A DNA stretch of 53,353 nucleotides from a virus (Duplodnaviria > Caudoviricetes), in the IMG/VR virus record IMGVR_UViG_3300044229_003740, positions 1-53,353 of that record. One strand, written 5' to 3'. The position numbers and the translations under genes were made by a program. Shown piece after piece: positions 51,859 to 53,353 of the stretch. Below the pieces are notes generated by a model that did not search any database, had not been told where the DNA came from, and saw only the letters and a list, made by a program, of their open reading frames with translations. The first letter of the stretch is position 1. The number at the start of each line of letters is the position of its first letter.

Positions 51859-53353
51859 TGATCAGCTAAGCGTATGCCGTGCGCGTGCGGCTCGTGAAGG
51901 CTTCACGATTGTGTCCATGCATCATGACGGTGCTGTGTCCGGCTCGACGCAGGTAGGCAGCAGAGAGGGCGGTAAGGCCCTGCTGGCTGATGCTGTGGCT
52001 GGGCGTTTCGAGGTGCTGCTGCTGGAAGGGCTCGACCGCTTGAGCCGTGATCAGGTAGAGCAGGAAAGCATCGTCCGCCGGCTTGAGCATCGCAACATTC
52101 GCATCATCGGGGTGTGCGACGGGTACGACTCAGAGGCGCCAGGTCGAAAGGTAATGCGTGGCGTGCGCGGGCTGATCAACGAGATTTATCTTGATGACCT
52201 TCGCGCCAAAACGCATCGCGGTATGTCTGGTCAGTTTGACCGGGGCTTTATCGCTGGGGGCAAGCTGTACGGCTACGACATCGTTAAAACTGAGCAGGGT
52301 AGCCAGTACGTCATCAACGAAACCGAGGCCGCTGTGGTCCGGTGGATATTCCAGGCCGTTGCCGAGGGTAAGGGCTATCGGGCAATCGCCATCCAGTTAA
52401 ACGAGGACGGCACGCCATCACCAAGGGGGCAAAAGTGGACGGTCTCAGGCGTGTACGGCTCGCCGGTCAAAGGCACCGGCATGCTCAACAACAGCTTGTA
52501 CGCGGGCATCTATACTTGGAACCGTTCGCAGTGGGTCAAAGACCCCGACACCGGCACGCGCAAGCGGATAGAACGGCCCGAGTCGGAATGGAAGCGCGTC
52601 GATGTGCCCGAGCTTCGAGTCGTCGATAAAGCCACCTGGGCCAAGGTACGCCATCGCATCGATAGCGGACGCGATGAATACGGCCGGAAGACGTCGGTAA
52701 GACCGATGAAAAGCCTGCTTGGCGGCATCCTGCGATGCCCGCATTGCGGAGGCCCAATGGCCGGACGCGACCGCAACTATTACGGCTGCAGTATCCACCA
52801 CAATGTAGGCCCGTCAGCTTGTCCTGATTACCGACTAAATCGTGATCACGTCGAAAAGCGGCTGTTGTCGATCGTTCGCAAAGACCTGTTATCACCAGCA
52901 GCGGCCCGCATGTATGAGCGCGAGTTTCGTAAGCAGCTAAAAGCGAACAATGGAGCATCAAAGGTGCGTGACGCCAAAGCACGCCTAGCCGACGTGGAGA
53001 AAGAGATAGCGAGGATGGTGGATGCCATCGTCTCGGTCGGCTCGTCGCCAGCATTAAGCGCAAGACTAAGAGCAGCGGAACGCGAACGCGATGCACTGAA
53101 CGAAATTGCCGGGGCAAGCGAACAGATAACGGAGGTGCCAGACATTCGCGGCATATTCAAACAGCAATTGCTAAATCTTGGGGAAGCGTTGAAAAGGGAG
53201 CCCGAAGTTGCCAGGGCGGCAATGGGTCAGATATTCGGAAGGGTTGGCTTGGAGCTACGAGGGAATGAAGTGTGGGGACAAATAAAAACATCGCCAGCAC
53301 TGTTAAAGGTGTCTGGCGATGCTTTTGAAGATGGTAGCGGGGACCGGATTTGA
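51800..53353 (+). CDS. int: Large serine recombinase (integrase)
   Basis: YARYSS catalytic motif, DRLSRD, recombinase domain (YGY, Y.G...WNR), zinc ribbon CPHCG...Y.C...C, coiled coil. Confidence 0.95.
   Translation: MQAVVYARYSSEKQDSTSIDDQLSVCRARAAREGFTIVSMHHDGAVSGSTQVGSREGGKALLADAVAGRFEVLLLEGLDRLSRDQVEQESIVRRLEHRNIRIIGVCDGYDSEAPGRKVMRGVRGLINEIYLDDLRAKTHRGMSGQFDRGFIAGGKLYGYDIVKTEQGSQYVINETEAAVVRWIFQAVAEGKGYRAIAIQLNEDGTPSPRGQKWTVSGVYGSPVKGTGMLNNSLYAGIYTWNRSQWVKDPDTGTRKRIERPESEWKRVDVPELRVVDKATWAKVRHRIDSGRDEYGRKTSVRPMKSLLGGILRCPHCGGPMAGRDRNYYGCSIHHNVGPSACPDYRLNRDHVEKRLLSIVRKDLLSPAAARMYEREFRKQLKANNGASKVRDAKARLADVEKEIARMVDAIVSVGSSPALSARLRAAERERDALNEIAGASEQITEVPDIRGIFKQQLLNLGEALKREPEVARAAMGQIFGRVGLELRGNEVWGQIKTSPALLKVSGDAFEDGSGDRI
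53284..53326. terminator. Phage-supplied terminator hairpin inside the integrase 3' end, downstream of the tRNA
   Basis: AAAAA-CATCGCCAG-CAC...GTG-T-CTGGCGATG-CTTTT. Confidence 0.7.
53332..53344 (+). repeat. Right attachment junction core TGGTAGCGGGGAC
   Basis: Identical to 1133-1145. Confidence 0.9.
53332..53353 (-). tRNA. 3' end of initiator tRNA-Met (partial; rest outside the window)
   Basis: Reverse complement TCAAATCCGGTCCCCGCTACCA matches the T-arm, acceptor stem and CCA of bacterial tRNA-fMet. Confidence 0.8.

Larger units (their letters stand above)
1133..53344. mobile_element. Temperate siphovirus-type prophage, apparently complete, integrated in tRNA-Met(i)
   Basis: Flanking 13-bp direct repeat; integrase, cI/cro, replication, lysis, terminase, portal, capsid and lambda-like M-L-K-I-J tail genes all present. 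Confidence 0.95.

Overview
Apart from a host osmoprotectant ABC permease gene (1-708), the window is one apparently complete ~52.2 kb temperate siphovirus-type prophage. The host is a gammaproteobacterium, probably Halomonadaceae (inference). The prophage is bounded by a 13-bp direct repeat TGGTAGCGGGGAC (1133-1145 and 53332-53344), which is the 3' end of an initiator tRNA-Met gene on the minus strand. Late genes (lysis, terminase, head, lambda-like tail) and the replication/nin region lie on the minus strand. A cro/cI switch sits at ~36.3 kb, and the plus-strand early arm (RecT/YqaJ, helicase, methyltransferase) ends in a large serine integrase. Highlights: (1) the att site lies inside the integrase gene, so the prophage and excised forms encode different integrase C-termini, and the gene also hides a replacement tRNA terminator; (2) an AcrIF11-like/Aca7-like anti-CRISPR operon with its operator; (3) a 1.34 kb IS200/IS605-type element with IS608-like ends, an RHH gene in place of tnpA, and a TnpB with the rearranged (Fanzor-like) RuvC site; (4) a tail fibre ending in a BPP-1 Mtd-like domain with no DGR cassette; (5) a GIY-YIG nuclease fused to a terminase small-subunit stub; (6) several unexplained structured RNA leaders and small unannotated ORFs. 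All family assignments come from motif recognition by eye, not database searches.
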